From an uncultured Thermotogaceae bacterium (GTDB lineage: Bacteria > Bipolaricaulota > Bipolaricaulia > Bipolaricaulales > Bipolaricaulaceae): DNA of 64,000 nt. Below, in pieces: positions 20,101-31,206 of the stretch. The translations under genes and the position numbers were made by a program. Within the stretch, counting starts at the first letter, position 1; every line of letters begins with the position of its first letter. The stretch spans positions 23,222 through 87,221 of the forward strand of contig CAYUWL010000001.1 of NCBI GenBank assembly GCA_964448595.1. Direction: 5' to 3'. Under the pieces are notes generated by a model, which saw nothing but the letters and a program-made list of their open reading frames with translations, was not told the origin of the DNA and made no database searches.

Positions 20101-22125
20101 GGGAACCTGGAGGTGGAGCTCGACCTCCGAGAGGAGGGAGCGCGGGAACGGGCCGTGCACACGAAGGCCGTGGAGGACGTCCGGCACCCCCAGACCAGGG
20201 CGGTGCTGGTGCGTCGGGACGAGGCCCTCACCCCGGAGCTTGTGGATGAACTCCTTTCCGCCGGGGTGGAAAAGGTGCGGGTGCGGCCCCGGATCGTGAT
20301 CCGCTCCCCTACCACTTGCCAGACCCCCGAGGGTGTGTGCCAGCTTTGTTATGGTATGGATCTTGCCTTCCACCGACTGGTGGATTTGGGCACCGCCGTG
20401 GGGGTGATCGCGGCCCAGTCCATCGGTGAGCCCGGGACCCAGCTCACCATGCGCACCTTCCATACGGGGGGCGTGGTCGGGGTGGACATCACCCAAGGCC
20501 TTCCCCGGGCGGAGGAGCTGTTCGAGGCCCGGAAGACCACCCGGGCCGCCCACGCCACGGTGGCGCCCCTGGCCGGACACATCACCAAGGTGGAAACCAC
20601 CCGGACCGGGAAGGAGCTGGTGGAGATAACCTCCTCCCCCCGCACGGTACGGCTTCCCACCGCCCTCCTCCGGGTCGGCGAGGGGGAGGAGGTGGACGCC
20701 CAGTCCTTCCTTTCCCTGCGTTCGCCCATCGATGGCACAGCTTTCTATTTCATAGAGGACGGAAAAAAATACCTGGCCATCCTCGATACCACCGGGTTGG
20801 ATCGGGTGTACACCCTACCTGAGGGGGCAGTGCCTTGCGTGTCTCATCGGGGACAAGTCAAGGAAGGGGATCCCCTCACCGAGGAGTACCACGTGGAGGC
20901 CCCCCTGGCCGAGGTCCCAGGCACGGTGGAGCTACGGCAGGAGGGCAAGAAGCGGTATGTGGTAGTCCGGGACGAAAGGGGTGAGCCCCACGAGTACGAA
21001 GTCCCCTACGGAGCACAGGTCTTGGTGCAAGAAGGGGAGAAGGTTGAGGCACACCGCAAGCTCACCACCCGTTCCCGGCCGCTTCAGGTCAAGTCTCTGG
21101 CGGAGGGGACGGTGCTCCTTTCGGGGCGGAGCGTGGCCGTGCTCTCTTCCTCCGGTCGTGGTGTGATCTTCCCCGTGACCCCGGATCTCATCCCCGTGGT
21201 GGAGCATGGAGCCCCGGTGCGCGAGCGTCAGGAGATCCTGCGCCTCAACCTCCCCCAAGGGGAGAGCGTGCTGATCGAGAACGTTGAGAGAAGCGGTGAG
21301 ATCGCCACCGTACGGCTTCGGTACCGAGCCCAGGTGGAGTGTGGTGGGGAGGCCATCGTCCGGGAGGGGGACAAGGTGGAGCGGGGAGAGGCTATCTCCA
21401 AAGGGGTTATCCCCCCCCACTACCTCATGGAGGTGGCCGGGGTCCTCAAGACCAGGGAGTACCTTCTCACCGAGCTCCAGCGCGTCTACAAGTCCCAGGG
21501 CGTTGACATAAATGATAAGCACTTTGAGGTCGTGATCCGCCAGATCTTAAACAACGTGCGCATCGAGGACCCAGGGGAATCGAGCTTCATGCTCAACGAC
21601 ATCGTCCCCTTGGAGGTGTTCCAAAGGGAGGTGCGACGTCTTTCCGAGGAGAACGAACGCATCCGCAGGATGCGCGAGGAGATCGTGGGGGCGAAGCTCC
21701 TGGCGCCGGTGACGCGCGGAGGGATGACCATCGCTGAGGCCGGCGAGGAGCTCTCCCCCAGGCTCCTTGAGCGGATGGTGGCACATGGGGTGAGGCAGGT
21801 ACGGGTGGAACTCCACGGGGAGCCACGCACGGTGCGGATCACCGGGTACCGCTTGCCCCAGGGTGAGCGGGAGCTTCTCCGCATCTCCCGGGCTGCTTTG
21901 CTCAGGAAATCCTGGCTTGCCGCCGCCTCCTTCGAGCGCACCACCAAGGTGCTCGCGGATGCCGCCCTCAGGGGGGAGGAAGACACCCTCCAGGGCCTCA
22001 AACCCTGCCTGATGGTGGGAAAGAAGGTCCCGGTTGGAACCGCATTCCCCCGCCCCGACCAGGGGGATGAGGAGGACAAGGCGTTGCAGCCTGAATCCCC
22101 CGCCCCTAAAATACGGACCACTTAG
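17164..22125 (+). CDS. rpoC: RNA polymerase beta-prime subunit, 1653 aa with lineage-specific insertions
   Basis: Zn ribbon CACGKY..CEKCG, catalytic [12 protein letters not shown], trigger loop TFHTGGV...[17 protein letters not shown]; GTG start. Confidence 0.97.
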   Translation: MAISGDDIKKIKLGLASPEEMLSWSRGEVTNSETINYRTHKPERGGLYAEEIFGPENDYECACGKYKGKKYEGITCEKCGVLVTDSSVRRVNMGHIRLASPVVHFWYLKGVASPLSRLLGIKRRDLRRIAYYETETSREDLYIVTQSASPKIKVGETLYGTEVRILSGAFTFQVERAFLVTSAPRIVAEEAGQVAIEERKLQNGEPFRAVIVGKHEYPVTMDAEVYVEDGDKVQAGELICERPAAEVCSQTMFEMLAARYEGVEGQPIQETVDNLTFLVTRVKGEVPLRPGQQISTLEKRAYERAFPGTFEAATGAEGIKGLLANLDLDALSEEIWEQLDRTANQGERRRLLHRLEVVEQLKRSNNRPQDMVLEVVPVLPPALRPMIQLEGGKFATTDLNDLYRRIINRNNRLRKLMEMGAPEIILRNERRMLQEAVDALIHNEKKDNPIRGRDGRPLKSLSERIQGKQGRLRRHLLGRRVDYSGRAVIVVNPKLKLHQCGIPKKMALELFKPFVLARLENVSFSDYDEVKNRALAGELPEVWDILDELIKEYPVLLNRAPTLHRLSIQAFEPILVDGDAIQIHPHVCPPYNADFDGDQMAVHLPLSKEAVREARELMLSARNILSPAHGGPLAVPTQDQVYGFFYLTLVNPEGKGKGKAFRSVEEAEKAYEHGLIDLHTPIKIRIDGELIDTTLGRALLNLAFPPDLRDYGATFDSKLTRRKVLECFLRYGWQRTSELLDRVKELGFKYATLSGLTISIPDCEIPPEKEELIREAQAKVERINRMYERGLATEAQRFQAVVQVWREAVDEMERATMRNLSKNPFNPVWGIVASGARGSSSQVKQLSGMRGPMADPRGRVIEWPVISNFREGLSIIEYFISTHGGRKGTADTALRTADAGYLTRRLVDACVDVVVREHDCGTRQGVEIDPLYFAGGGVMESVPERIYGRVTAEPIFDPRTGEVLVARNVLIDRPTAERVGNLEVELDLREEGARERAVHTKAVEDVRHPQTRAVLVRRDEALTPELVDELLSAGVEKVRVRPRIVIRSPTTCQTPEGVCQLCYGMDLAFHRLVDLGTAVGVIAAQSIGEPGTQLTMRTFHTGGVVGVDITQGLPRAEELFEARKTTRAAHATVAPLAGHITKVETTRTGKELVEITSSPRTVRLPTALLRVGEGEEVDAQSFLSLRSPIDGTAFYFIEDGKKYLAILDTTGLDRVYTLPEGAVPCVSHRGQVKEGDPLTEEYHVEAPLAEVPGTVELRQEGKKRYVVVRDERGEPHEYEVPYGAQVLVQEGEKVEAHRKLTTRSRPLQVKSLAEGTVLLSGRSVAVLSSSGRGVIFPVTPDLIPVVEHGAPVRERQEILRLNLPQGESVLIENVERSGEIATVRLRYRAQVECGGEAIVREGDKVERGEAISKGVIPPHYLMEVAGVLKTREYLLTELQRVYKSQGVDINDKHFEVVIRQILNNVRIEDPGESSFMLNDIVPLEVFQREVRRLSEENERIRRMREEIVGAKLLAPVTRGGMTIAEAGEELSPRLLERMVAHGVRQVRVELHGEPRTVRITGYRLPQGERELLRISRAALLRKSWLAAASFERTTKVLADAALRGEEDTLQGLKPCLMVGKKVPVGTAFPRPDQGDEEDKALQPESPAPKIRTT

Positions 22126-22136
22126 GAGGCAAGGAT

Positions 22137-22514
22137 ATGCCGACGTTCAACCAACTGGTTCGTCATGGACGGAAGCCGAAGCTTGAAAAGAGCAAGTCGG
22201 TGGCGCTTGAAGAGTGCCCGCAGCGGCGGGGCGTATGCGTGCGCGTGTTCACCCGCACCCCGAAAAAGCCGAACTCCGCCCTGCGGAAGGTGGCCAGGGT
22301 GCGCCTATCTAACGGGCGTGAGGTCACGGCCTACATCCCGGGCGAGGGGCACAACCTCCAGGAGCACTCCATCGTGCTCGTCAGGGGTGGGCGTGTGAAG
22401 GACCTGCCTGGGGTGAAGTACCACATCATCCGGGGGGCCCTGGACGCAGCCGGGGTAGAAGGGCGACGGCAGGCCCGCTCCCGGTACGGCGTGCGCCGCC
22501 CCAAGGAGGGCTGA
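22137..22514 (+). CDS. rpsL: 30S ribosomal protein S12
   Basis: [22 protein letters not shown]. Confidence 0.98.
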   Translation: MPTFNQLVRHGRKPKLEKSKSVALEECPQRRGVCVRVFTRTPKKPNSALRKVARVRLSNGREVTAYIPGEGHNLQEHSIVLVRGGRVKDLPGVKYHIIRGALDAAGVEGRRQARSRYGVRRPKEG

Positions 22515-22515
22515 G

Positions 22516-22989
22516 GTGGCCACGTTCGACATCGTCATCCCGGGAAGGGACGTGCCCCAGGACGTCCGCTACGGCTCCAAGCTCGTCGAAAAATTGATCA
22601 ACTACGTGATGTGGAACGGCAAGAAGTCCCTGGCCCGCCGCATCGTGTATCAGGCGTTCGACATCCTGGAGCGGCGGGGGGAGGGCCCAGCCCTGGAGAC
22701 GTTCATCAAGGCCCTCCAAAACTGCATGCCCAAGCTTGAGGTCCGCTCCCGGCGGGTGGGGGGTGCTACCTACCAGGTGCCGTTTGAAGTGCCGGCCCAC
22801 CGCCAGACCATGCTCGCCCTGCGCTGGATCGTACAGGCGGCCCGGAACCGCTCTGAGCGTACCATGCCCGAACGCCTGGCCGCGGAGATCGCGGATGCCG
22901 CCCGGGGTGAGGGAGCCGCCGTCCAGAAGAAGCTCGAATCCCACCGCATGGCAGAGGCGAACCGCGCCTTCGCGCACTACCGCTGGTAG
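22516..22989 (+). CDS. rpsG: 30S ribosomal protein S7
   Basis: S7 family sequence; GTG start 1 nt after rpsL stop. Confidence 0.96.
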   Translation: MATFDIVIPGRDVPQDVRYGSKLVEKLINYVMWNGKKSLARRIVYQAFDILERRGEGPALETFIKALQNCMPKLEVRSRRVGGATYQVPFEVPAHRQTMLALRWIVQAARNRSERTMPERLAAEIADAARGEGAAVQKKLESHRMAEANRAFAHYRW

Positions 22990-23004
22990 AGGGAAAGCAG
23001 GCCG

Positions 23005-25098
23005 ATGGACGGACCTGAGTATGATATCCGCAAGGTTCGCAACATCGGCATCGTAGCCCACATCGACGCGGGCAAGACCACCCTCACAGAGCGCATCCTT
23101 TATTACACCGGCAAGATCCACAAGATGGGGGAGGTCCATGAGGGCACCGCGGAGATGGATTGGATGGACCAGGAGCGGGAACGGGGCATCACCATCACCG
23201 CTGCTGCCACCACCGTGCGTTGGCGCGGCCGCCAGATCAACATCATCGACACCCCAGGACATGTGGACTTCACCGCTGAGGTGGAGCGCTCATTGCGCGT
23301 GCTCGACGGTGCCGTGGTGGTGTTCTCCGGGGTAGAGGGGGTGGAGTCCCAATCCGAGACCGTCTGGAGGCAGGCGGACCGCTATCGCGTTCCCCGCATT
23401 GCCTTCATCAACAAGCTAGATCGGGTGGAGTCGGATTTTCCTGCCGCTTTGCGGGCGATTGAGGCCCGGCTGGGGGCGGTGGCGCTGCCCTTGCTTTTCC
23501 CCTGGCGCGATCCCGACGGGCGCCTTCTGGGGATGGTGGACGTCCTGCGGGGCGAGGCCATCCGCTGGGATCGGGCGAGCCGTGGCGAGACCTTTGAGCG
23601 CCTGCCTCTGCCAGCGGAGGCCCGCGCGGACTACGAACGGTATAGGGATCAGCTGTTTGAGCGCCTGGCCGAGCTGTCCGACGAGGTGGCAGAGGCGTAT
23701 CTCGCGGGCGAGGAAGTGCCCCCAGAAGCGGTTCTCCCCCTGATAAGGAAGGCGGCCGTGGAACGGCGTTGGGTACCGGTATTGGGAGGATCGGCTTTGG
23801 GAAACATCGGGGTGCAGCCGGTGCTCGATGCGGTGGTTGATTTTCTGCCCTCTCCCCTGGACGTCCCCCCAGTGGAGGGATTCGGCCCCGATGGTCACAG
23901 AACCGAGACCCGCCAGCCTGATCCAAGCGAGCCCTTGGCCGCTTTGGTGTTCAAGGTGGCGACCGACCCTTACGCTGGCCGGCTCCTTTACACCCGGATT
24001 TACTCCGGGGCTTTGTCCGAAGGGGAGACGGTCCTCAACGCCACCTCGGGGCACAAGGTGCGGGTGACGAAGCTGTTCCGCCTTCACGCGGGCCGCCGTG
24101 AGCGCCTGGAGAGGGCCATGGCCGGCGACATCGTCGGCCTGATCTCCTCGGATCGGGTGCTCACCGGGGATACCCTCTGTGATCCCGGACATCCCTTGCA
24201 CCTTGAGCCCATCGCCTTCCCTGAGCCGGTCGTTTTCATGGCCGTGGAGCCACGTTCCGAGGCCGAGGAGGAGGCCCTGCTTTCGGCTCTGGACAAGATC
24301 GCCCAAGAAGACCCCACCTTCCACGTTAGGGAGGATGAGTCCACCGGACAGCTCTTGGTGGGAGGGATGGGGGAGCTGCATCTTGAGGTGCAGCTCCGCA
24401 GGGTGCGGGAGGAGTTCGGGGTCCCCCATCGGGTGGGCAAGCCCCTGGTGGCTTACAAGGAGACCCTGGCCCGGCCGGTAGAGCTCGACGAAGAGCTGGT
24501 GCGGACGATCGGGGGGCGTGGCCAGTACGCCAAGCTCAGGGTGCGGTTTGAGCCCCTGCCAAGAGGCGGGGGCTTTTCGTTTTCCTGTGCCGTCCCACCG
24601 GAGGTCCTGCCTCCCCATTTCGTGGAGGCCGCCCGGCGGGGGATCGAGGGGGCGCTCGCCGCCAGCCCAGTGGGCGGCTACCCAGTGGTGGACGTGGCGG
24701 TGACGGTGGTGGGCGGGGCCGCAAATCCAGTGGACTCCACCGAGATCGCCTTCGAAGCTTGTGGAACCCAGGCTTTGCGTCGGGCGCTGGAGGAGGCCGG
24801 GGTCAGCTTGTTGGAACCCATCGTCGAGGGTGATATAATCACGCCCAGCGAGTACCTAGGAGAGGTCGTCTCGGACTTAGGTCGCCGAAGGGGCGAGGTC
24901 CGATCCATCGAGGCCAAGGGTACTTTTGAGATCGTCCATGTTGCTATTCCCTTGGCCGAGACCTTTGGGTACGCCACCCGACTTCGCTCGCTCACCCAAG
25001 GGCGGGCTACTTATACCCTTCGGGTGACCCATTATGATGTGGTCCCGGAGCAGATCGCCCGGGAGGTATTGAGGAGCAGGGGATACCAATATGGCTAG
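23005..25098 (+). CDS. fusA: Elongation factor G
   Basis: AHIDAGKTT, DTPGHVDF, NKLD; five-domain length (697 aa); str-operon position. Confidence 0.93.
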   Translation: MDGPEYDIRKVRNIGIVAHIDAGKTTLTERILYYTGKIHKMGEVHEGTAEMDWMDQERERGITITAAATTVRWRGRQINIIDTPGHVDFTAEVERSLRVLDGAVVVFSGVEGVESQSETVWRQADRYRVPRIAFINKLDRVESDFPAALRAIEARLGAVALPLLFPWRDPDGRLLGMVDVLRGEAIRWDRASRGETFERLPLPAEARADYERYRDQLFERLAELSDEVAEAYLAGEEVPPEAVLPLIRKAAVERRWVPVLGGSALGNIGVQPVLDAVVDFLPSPLDVPPVEGFGPDGHRTETRQPDPSEPLAALVFKVATDPYAGRLLYTRIYSGALSEGETVLNATSGHKVRVTKLFRLHAGRRERLERAMAGDIVGLISSDRVLTGDTLCDPGHPLHLEPIAFPEPVVFMAVEPRSEAEEEALLSALDKIAQEDPTFHVREDESTGQLLVGGMGELHLEVQLRRVREEFGVPHRVGKPLVAYKETLARPVELDEELVRTIGGRGQYAKLRVRFEPLPRGGGFSFSCAVPPEVLPPHFVEAARRGIEGALAASPVGGYPVVDVAVTVVGGAANPVDSTEIAFEACGTQALRRALEEAGVSLLEPIVEGDIITPSEYLGEVVSDLGRRRGEVRSIEAKGTFEIVHVAIPLAETFGYATRLRSLTQGRATYTLRVTHYDVVPEQIAREVLRSRGYQYG

Positions 25099-25399
25099 GG
25101 AGAAGATCAGGATCAGGATTCAAAGCTACGACCACGAGCTCGTGGACACGGCCGTGAGGAAGATCGTGGATACGGCCAGGGCCACCCGGGCCAAGGTGGC
25201 CGGCCCCATTCCACTTCCTACGAAAAGGCGCCTGTATACGGTGTTGCGGTCGCCCCACGTGGACAAGCGCTCCATGGAGCATTTTGAGCGCAAGATCCAC
25301 AGGCGGTTGATCGACATCCGGGAGCCGACTTCCGAGACCATAAACGCCCTCATGGAGGTGGAGCTCCCCACCGGGATCGACATCGAGATCAAGCTCTAG
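25091..25399 (+). CDS. rpsJ: 30S ribosomal protein S10
   Basis: S10 family ([14 protein letters not shown]...); start overlaps fusA end by 8 nt. Confidence 0.97.
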   Translation: MAREKIRIRIQSYDHELVDTAVRKIVDTARATRAKVAGPIPLPTKRRLYTVLRSPHVDKRSMEHFERKIHRRLIDIREPTSETINALMEVELPTGIDIEIKL

Positions 25400-25410
25400 G
25401 AGGGACTGAG

Positions 25411-26034
25411 ATGGCGCTCACATTGCTTGGAAAAAAGGTCGGTATGACACAATGGTTTGACGGAGAGGGCAAAGCAGTTCCTGCCACCGTGGTGCAGGTG
25501 GAGCCTTCTGTGGTGGTTCAGCTGAAACGCCGGGAATCGGATGGGTATACCGCCATCCAGCTTGGTTGGGGAGGGGTTAAGGAGGGGAAGCTCCCCAAGC
25601 CCCTGCGTGGGCATTTCCACAAGGTGGGGGTATCTCCTCGCCGTAAGCTGTACGAGGCGCGGGTGGACGATCCGGACGCCTTCCAGGTCGGCCAGGAGCT
25701 TGGGGTGGAGCTGTTTTCAGAAGGGGAGTTGGTGGATGTGACCGGGGTCTCCAAGGGGAGGGGTTTTGCGGGGACGATCAAGCGCTGGGGGTTCAGCTCT
25801 CGTCCCAAGTCCCACGGTCACAAGCTCATCCGGCGTCCAGGGACCGCGGGGCCGATGGGCCTCAGGAAGGTGATAAAGGGGAAGAAGATGCCGGGCCACT
25901 TTGGGGCAGAGACCGTGACCATCAGAAACCTAGAAGTTCTGAAGGTGGACGAGGCCCGGGGGCTTTTGGTATTGCGGGGTTCCGTTCCCGGCCCGCGTAA
26001 GGGGATCCTGAAGATAAGGAAACACGATGCTTAA
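25411..26034 (+). CDS. rplC: 50S ribosomal protein L3
   Basis: L3 family; S10-operon order. Confidence 0.96.
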   Translation: MALTLLGKKVGMTQWFDGEGKAVPATVVQVEPSVVVQLKRRESDGYTAIQLGWGGVKEGKLPKPLRGHFHKVGVSPRRKLYEARVDDPDAFQVGQELGVELFSEGELVDVTGVSKGRGFAGTIKRWGFSSRPKSHGHKLIRRPGTAGPMGLRKVIKGKKMPGHFGAETVTIRNLEVLKVDEARGLLVLRGSVPGPRKGILKIRKHDA

Positions 26035-26668
26035 GGCCAAGCTATACAGGTTCGATGCTTTGGATGCGGGGCCCGAGGAAATTGAGGTCCCGGAGGGGCT
26101 ATTCGGTGGGCCGGTTCACCAGGACCTCCTGTATCGGGCGGTACGGGTGTACCTTGCAAACCAACGGCAGGGGACGGCCAAGGCCAAGACGCGGAGTGAG
26201 GTGTCGGGAGGGGGGCGCAAACCCTGGCGGCAGAAGGGGACGGGACGGGCCCGACATGGTTCGATCCGGTCCCCCATTTGGCGACACGGAGGTGTGACCT
26301 TCGGCCCAAGGCCTCGCAAGGTTCGCCTTTCTCTGCCCAAGCGAATGCGGAGGAAAGCCCTCATCTCCGCCCTTTCCGCCCGCTTCCGGGAGGGGGGGCT
26401 TGTGGTGATCGATCGCCTGGGGTTTGCTCGTCCCCGGACCAAGGATGGGATCGCTCTCCTGGAGAAGATCTCCTGCCCGGGGAAGACCCTGGTGGTGGTG
26501 GCGCCGGATGAGTATCAGGTGCAGGTCACCAAGACCTTTTCCAACATTCCCGGGGTGAGCTGCGTGCGGAGCGATTTCCTGTCCGCTTACCATGTCCTCG
26601 TCCATGAGGGCTTGCTTATGACCCAAGGCGCCCTGGAGGCTTTGGCGGGGAGGTTGAGCGATGCCTGA
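26027..26668 (+). CDS. rplD: 50S ribosomal protein L4
   Basis: L4 family (GGGRKPWRQKGTGRAR). Confidence 0.96.
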   Translation: MLKAKLYRFDALDAGPEEIEVPEGLFGGPVHQDLLYRAVRVYLANQRQGTAKAKTRSEVSGGGRKPWRQKGTGRARHGSIRSPIWRHGGVTFGPRPRKVRLSLPKRMRRKALISALSARFREGGLVVIDRLGFARPRTKDGIALLEKISCPGKTLVVVAPDEYQVQVTKTFSNIPGVSCVRSDFLSAYHVLVHEGLLMTQGALEALAGRLSDA

Positions 26669-26960
26669 GACGAGACTGTTTCCTGAAGATATCCTCCTGC
26701 GCCCTATCCTTACGGAGAAATCATGGCGGGACATGGAAGAGGGCAAGTACACGTTCGAGGTCCATCCTCGTGCCACCAAGGGGGAGATCCGGCACGCGGT
26801 GGAGGAGCTGTTCGGGGTGAAGGTCGTGGAGGTGCGGACGCTCGCGCGGCCGGGCAAGCCCCGGCGCACCCGGATGGACCGGGGGTTTGGCCGCACCAAA
26901 CAGGAGAAGCGGGCGATAGTTAAGCTCGCTCCCGGCCACAAGATCGACATCGTGGGGTGA
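26661..26960 (+). CDS. rplW: 50S ribosomal protein L23
   Basis: L23 family; operon order. Confidence 0.94.
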   Translation: MPETRLFPEDILLRPILTEKSWRDMEEGKYTFEVHPRATKGEIRHAVEELFGVKVVEVRTLARPGKPRRTRMDRGFGRTKQEKRAIVKLAPGHKIDIVG

Positions 26961-26967
26961 GGATGCT

Positions 26968-27795
26968 ATGGGGCTGAAAAAGAGGAATCCAGTCACGCCA
27001 GGGCAGCGGCACGCGGTGCTCCCCGATTACTCGGAGCTCACCAAGAAGCCCCCGGAAAAGTCGCTTTTGGTTCCGCTGAAGAAGCACGGGGGGCGTAATT
27101 CCCAGGGGCGGATAACGATTCGGCATCGCGGGGGGGGTCACAAGCGACGGTATCGAATCATCGACTTTGCCCGGGAAAAACACGGTGTTCCCGCCAAGGT
27201 GGTCTCGGTGGAGTACGACCCCAACCGCTCCGCGTGGATCACCCTGCTTCACTACGTTGATGGGGAGAAGCGGTACATCCTGGCGCCGCTTGAGCTCCGG
27301 GTGGGGGACGTGGTGGAGGCGGGGGAGGACGCCGAGCCGCGTCCCGGAAACGCGCTGCCCTTACGGAAGATCCCGGTGGGGAGCTTCATCCATAACCTGG
27401 AGCTTACCCCAGGGTCCAAGGGGAAGATAGCCCGGGCCGCGGGGACCGCGGCCCAGCTCCTGGGTCGGGAGGGGGACCGAGCCATCGTCCGCCTTCCCTC
27501 CGGCGAGGTGAGGTTGTTCCGAGTGGAGTGCATGGCCACCATCGGCCGCGTGTCCAACCCGGATCACAAGAACATCCGGCATGGAAAGGCGGGCCGGGTG
27601 CGGCATCTGGGGCGCCGCCCCAGGGTGCGCGGGGTGGCTATGAACGCGGTGGACCATCCGCACGGGGGCGGCGAAGGCCGCACCGGCGAAGGCGGACCCC
27701 CCAAGTCGATTTGGGGCTGGCACACCAAAGGTGGTCGCAAGACCCGCAAGCGCCGGAAGTCAAGCGATACGCTGATCCTCAAGAGGAGGAAGTGA
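26968..27795 (+). CDS. rplB: 50S ribosomal protein L2
   Basis: L2 family ([27 protein letters not shown]). Confidence 0.98.
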   Translation: MGLKKRNPVTPGQRHAVLPDYSELTKKPPEKSLLVPLKKHGGRNSQGRITIRHRGGGHKRRYRIIDFAREKHGVPAKVVSVEYDPNRSAWITLLHYVDGEKRYILAPLELRVGDVVEAGEDAEPRPGNALPLRKIPVGSFIHNLELTPGSKGKIARAAGTAAQLLGREGDRAIVRLPSGEVRLFRVECMATIGRVSNPDHKNIRHGKAGRVRHLGRRPRVRGVAMNAVDHPHGGGEGRTGEGGPPKSIWGWHTKGGRKTRKRRKSSDTLILKRRK

Positions 27796-28079
27796 TGGGT
27801 CGCTCCAAGAAGAAAGGGCCCTACGTGCACCCAAAGCTCTTAAGGAAGGTGGAGCGGGCCAAGCGAGGGGAGGGCTCAGAGATTCGTACTTGGTCACGGG
27901 CTTCCATGATCGTCCCCGAGATGGTGGGGCTCACCATCCGGGTGCACAACGGCAGGAGTTTTGTGCCCGTCCGCGTCACGGAGGCGATGATCGGGCATCG
28001 CTTGGGGGAGTTCGCCCCTACGCGGACCTTCCGGGGCCACGGCGGCACCAAGAAGAAGGGGCCGCCTCCTTTGAAGTGA
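27795..28079 (+). CDS. rpsS: 30S ribosomal protein S19
   Basis: [16 protein letters not shown]; start trimmed from the longer ORF at 27528; TGATG junction with rplB. Confidence 0.96.
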   Translation: MGRSKKKGPYVHPKLLRKVERAKRGEGSEIRTWSRASMIVPEMVGLTIRVHNGRSFVPVRVTEAMIGHRLGEFAPTRTFRGHGGTKKKGPPPLK

Positions 28080-28087
28080 GGTGAAAG

Positions 28088-28429
28088 GTGAGGGAGGCAC
28101 AAGCTTGCGCACGGTTCGTACGGGTTTCGCCCATGAAGGCGCGGCTCGTGATCGACGAGATCCGGGGGAAGTCCGTTTATGAGGCCAAGCGGATCCTCAC
28201 CTTCTCCCCCAGGAAGGCAGCTCGGATCATCCACAAGGTGCTCGATTCCGCCGTGGCCAATGCAGAGCATAACTTCGAGATGGACCCCGAAAAATTGGTG
28301 GTGGTCAAGGCTTACGTGGATGAGGGCCCACGTATGAAGCGGCTTAAGCCTCGGGCCTTTGGGCGGGCAGACATCATCCACAGGCGGCTTTCCCACATCA
28401 CCGTCGTGGTAGCCGAAAAGGAGGACTAG
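28088..28429 (+). CDS. rplV: 50S ribosomal protein L22
   Basis: [21 protein letters not shown]; GTG start. Confidence 0.95.
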   Translation: MREAQACARFVRVSPMKARLVIDEIRGKSVYEAKRILTFSPRKAARIIHKVLDSAVANAEHNFEMDPEKLVVVKAYVDEGPRMKRLKPRAFGRADIIHRRLSHITVVVAEKED

Positions 28430-29088
28430 TGGGACAGAAAACGCATCCGGTTGGGTTCCGAATCGGGGTGCTGAGGAAATGGCGCTCGAACTGGTACGTG
28501 CCCGATGGGAAGGTTCCGGAGTACGTGGGCGAGGACCGCAAGATCCGGGAGTACATAAAGCGGGCCTACCGGGGGGCCGGGATCGCTGAGGTGCTTATTG
28601 AACGGGCCGTTCCGGAGCGGGTGCGGGTCATCGTACGGGCCGCCCGACCGGGGATCGTGATCGGCCGGGGAGGCAGTGAGATAGAACGCCTGCAAGAGGA
28701 ACTTTCGAGGATGACCGGCCGCGAGGTCCGGATCGGGGTGATGGAGGTGGAACGGCCGGAGCTAGAGGCACCGCTTGTTGCCCAAGATGTGGCCTTTCAG
28801 ATCGAGAATCGGATCAACCCCTATCGGGCCATGAAGGAGACCATCCGGCGGGTCATGGCCGCCGGGGCCCAAGGGGTGAAGATCCGCATCTCGGGACGTC
28901 TGGGTGGTGCGGACATCGCCCGGGCAGTGGAGATGAAACAGGGGCGGGTTCCCCTGCAGACCCTGCGGGCAGACGTAGACTACGGTCTGGCGGAGGCCAT
29001 GACCAAATACGGGGTCATCGGGGTCAAAGCATGGGTGTTCAGGGGCGAGGTGTGGTCCCCTGGAGAGAAAAGCCGTGAGGTGAGCTAA
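28429..29088 (+). CDS. rpsC: 30S ribosomal protein S3
   Basis: MGQKTHPVGFRIG, KH domain; GTG start. Confidence 0.97.
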   Translation: MGQKTHPVGFRIGVLRKWRSNWYVPDGKVPEYVGEDRKIREYIKRAYRGAGIAEVLIERAVPERVRVIVRAARPGIVIGRGGSEIERLQEELSRMTGREVRIGVMEVERPELEAPLVAQDVAFQIENRINPYRAMKETIRRVMAAGAQGVKIRISGRLGGADIARAVEMKQGRVPLQTLRADVDYGLAEAMTKYGVIGVKAWVFRGEVWSPGEKSREVS

Positions 29089-29517
29089 ATGTCCTTGCTT
29101 TTTCCCAAAAGGACGAAATACCGCAAACAGCAAAAGGGCCGGGTCAAGGGCAAGGCCACTCGGTGTCATGAGGTGGTATTCGGTGACTTCGGCATCCAAG
29201 CCCTGGCCCCAGCCTGGGTCACTCGCCAACAGATCGAAGCCGCCCGCACCGCTCTGGCCCGGGCCACCCACAGGGGCAAGGTGTGGATTCGCATCTTCCC
29301 GGACAAGCCCGTTACACGTAAGCCCGCGGAATCCCGGATGGGTAAAGGGAAGGGTAACGTGGAGAACTGGGTAGCCGTGGTGAAGCCGGGGACCATCATG
29401 TTCGAATTCGCTGGGGTCTCGGAGGAGGAGGCCAAGCGGATCCACAGGACGGTCTCCTATAAGTTCCCCATCCCTACCCGGCTCAGGCGCAGGTTCCACC
29501 TGGGAGGTGAAAGGTGA
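29089..29517 (+). CDS. rplP: 50S ribosomal protein L16
   Basis: L16 family ([13 protein letters not shown]). Confidence 0.97.
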   Translation: MSLLFPKRTKYRKQQKGRVKGKATRCHEVVFGDFGIQALAPAWVTRQQIEAARTALARATHRGKVWIRIFPDKPVTRKPAESRMGKGKGNVENWVAVVKPGTIMFEFAGVSEEEAKRIHRTVSYKFPIPTRLRRRFHLGGER

Positions 29518-29717
29518 AGGCGCGGGAGCTTAGGGAGCTCTCCCGGGAGGAGCTGGAGCAAAAGGTGCGCGACTGGAAACGCAAGCTGCTCAACCTGCGT
29601 TTCCAGCTTGCCTCCGGACAACTCCAGAATACGGCGGAGATCGGGAAGACCAAGCGCGATATCGCCCGGGCTCTCACGGTGCTTAGGGAGCGCGAAAGGG
29701 AAGGGCACAATGCGTAA
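29514..29717 (+). CDS. rpmC: 50S ribosomal protein L29
   Basis: L29 family ([16 protein letters not shown]); GTGA overlap with rplP. Confidence 0.93.
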   Translation: MKARELRELSREELEQKVRDWKRKLLNLRFQLASGQLQNTAEIGKTKRDIARALTVLREREREGHNA

Positions 29718-29955
29718 GCAGAGGATCGGCCGCGTGGTAAGCGACAGGATGCAGAAGACCATCGTGGTGGTGGAGGAGAGCTTGGTCAAGCATCCTCGCT
29801 ACCGCAAGTACGTGCGTCGGCGGACGAAGTACTACGTACACGACGAGCGCCAGCTTGCCCATGTTGGGGACATCGTGCGGATCGAGGAGACGCGTCCCTT
29901 GTCTCGCCTCAAGCGCTGGCGGCTGGTCGAGGTCGTAAGGCGTGCGGAGGGCTAA
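29710..29955 (+). CDS. rpsQ: 30S ribosomal protein S17
   Basis: [20 protein letters not shown]; start trimmed from ORF 29608. Confidence 0.94.
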   Translation: MRKQRIGRVVSDRMQKTIVVVEESLVKHPRYRKYVRRRTKYYVHDERQLAHVGDIVRIEETRPLSRLKRWRLVEVVRRAEG

Positions 29956-29957
29956 CC

Positions 29958-30320
29958 ATGATCCTTCCGGAGACACGGCTTGTGGTAACGGACAACACCG
30001 GCGTAAAGGAAGTCAAGTGCATCACGGTATTGGGGAAGCGGCGCCGGGGGCAGATCGGGGATATCATTGTTGGTTCGGTGCAGCGACGCATCCCCACCTC
30101 GGACTTCGAGAAGGGCGACATCGTCCGGGGGGTGGTGGTGCGCACCCGGGTCGCCTTCCGGCGCTCGGATGGGAGCACCCTAAGGTTCGACGACAACGCG
30201 GTGGTGCTTGTGGACAAGAACTTCCAGCCCGTCGGGACCCGGGTGTTCGGGCCGGTTGCCAGGGAACTCAGGGAGAAGGGGATGATGCGCATCATCTCCT
30301 TGGCCCCGGAGGTGGTGTAA
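29958..30320 (+). CDS. rplN: 50S ribosomal protein L14
   Basis: L14 family. Confidence 0.97.
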   Translation: MILPETRLVVTDNTGVKEVKCITVLGKRRRGQIGDIIVGSVQRRIPTSDFEKGDIVRGVVVRTRVAFRRSDGSTLRFDDNAVVLVDKNFQPVGTRVFGPVARELREKGMMRIISLAPEVV

Positions 30321-30342
30321 TGCATCCGGCAGGGGGAGAGAG

Positions 30343-30654
30343 ATGCGAAAGATAAAAAAAGGGGATCGCGTCAAGGTGATTGCCGGGGACGATCGGGGGA
30401 AGCTCGGCAAGGTGATCCGGGTGTACCCCGAGCGGGCCCGGGTATTGGTGGAAGGGGTGAACATCGTCACCAAACACCAGCGCCCCACCCAGACCGTGCG
30501 CGAGCCCGGGATCATAAAACGGGAGGCTCCAATCCATTGGTCGAACGTCCGGGTTATCTGCCCGGAATGCGGTGTGCCAACCCGGATCGGGTTCGTCGTG
30601 GTGGAGGGGCAAAAGATGCGCAAGTGCCGCAAGTGTGGAGCCACGTTTGAGTGA
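30343..30654 (+). CDS. rplX: 50S ribosomal protein L24
   Basis: KOW motif [17 protein letters not shown]. Confidence 0.95.
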   Translation: MRKIKKGDRVKVIAGDDRGKLGKVIRVYPERARVLVEGVNIVTKHQRPTQTVREPGIIKREAPIHWSNVRVICPECGVPTRIGFVVVEGQKMRKCRKCGATFE

Positions 30655-30658
30655 CGCC

Positions 30659-31195
30659 ATGTTGCTATACGAACGGTATAAGACGGAGATTGTGCCACGC
30701 CTTGTGCAGGAGCTTGGGTACAAAAACGTCATGCAGGTGCCCAAGGTGGAGAAGGTCGTGATCAACATGGGCGTGGGCAAGCACGACGACCCCAAGGTGC
30801 TTGAGGGTGCGATCCAGAACTTAACGCAGCTCACCGGCCAGCGGCCGGTGATCACCCGGGCCAAGCGTTCCGTGTCGGACTTCAAGATCCGGAAGGGGGA
30901 CGCCATCGGGTGCATGGTTACCCTGCGTGGGGTGCGGGCCTACGAGTTCTTGAACAAGCTGTTCAACGTGGTGCTCCCCGGGATTCGAGATTTCAAGGGG
31001 CTTTCTCCGGATTCGTTTGATGGCCGGGGGAACTACTCCTTGGGGGTCTCTGAGCAGCTTGTTTTCCCCGAGGTCTCCTACGACGATGTAGTTCAAATCC
31101 AGGGGATGGACATAACCATCGTGACCACGGCTGAAACGGATCGGGAGGCCTATGCGCTGCTCAAAGCCCTGGGGTGTCCGTTCCGCGAGGATTAG
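30659..31195 (+). CDS. rplE: 50S ribosomal protein L5
   Basis: [15 protein letters not shown]; start trimmed from ORF 30572. Confidence 0.96.
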   Translation: MLLYERYKTEIVPRLVQELGYKNVMQVPKVEKVVINMGVGKHDDPKVLEGAIQNLTQLTGQRPVITRAKRSVSDFKIRKGDAIGCMVTLRGVRAYEFLNKLFNVVLPGIRDFKGLSPDSFDGRGNYSLGVSEQLVFPEVSYDDVVQIQGMDITIVTTAETDREAYALLKALGCPFRED

Positions 31196-31206
31196 GGGGG
31201 AAGAAG

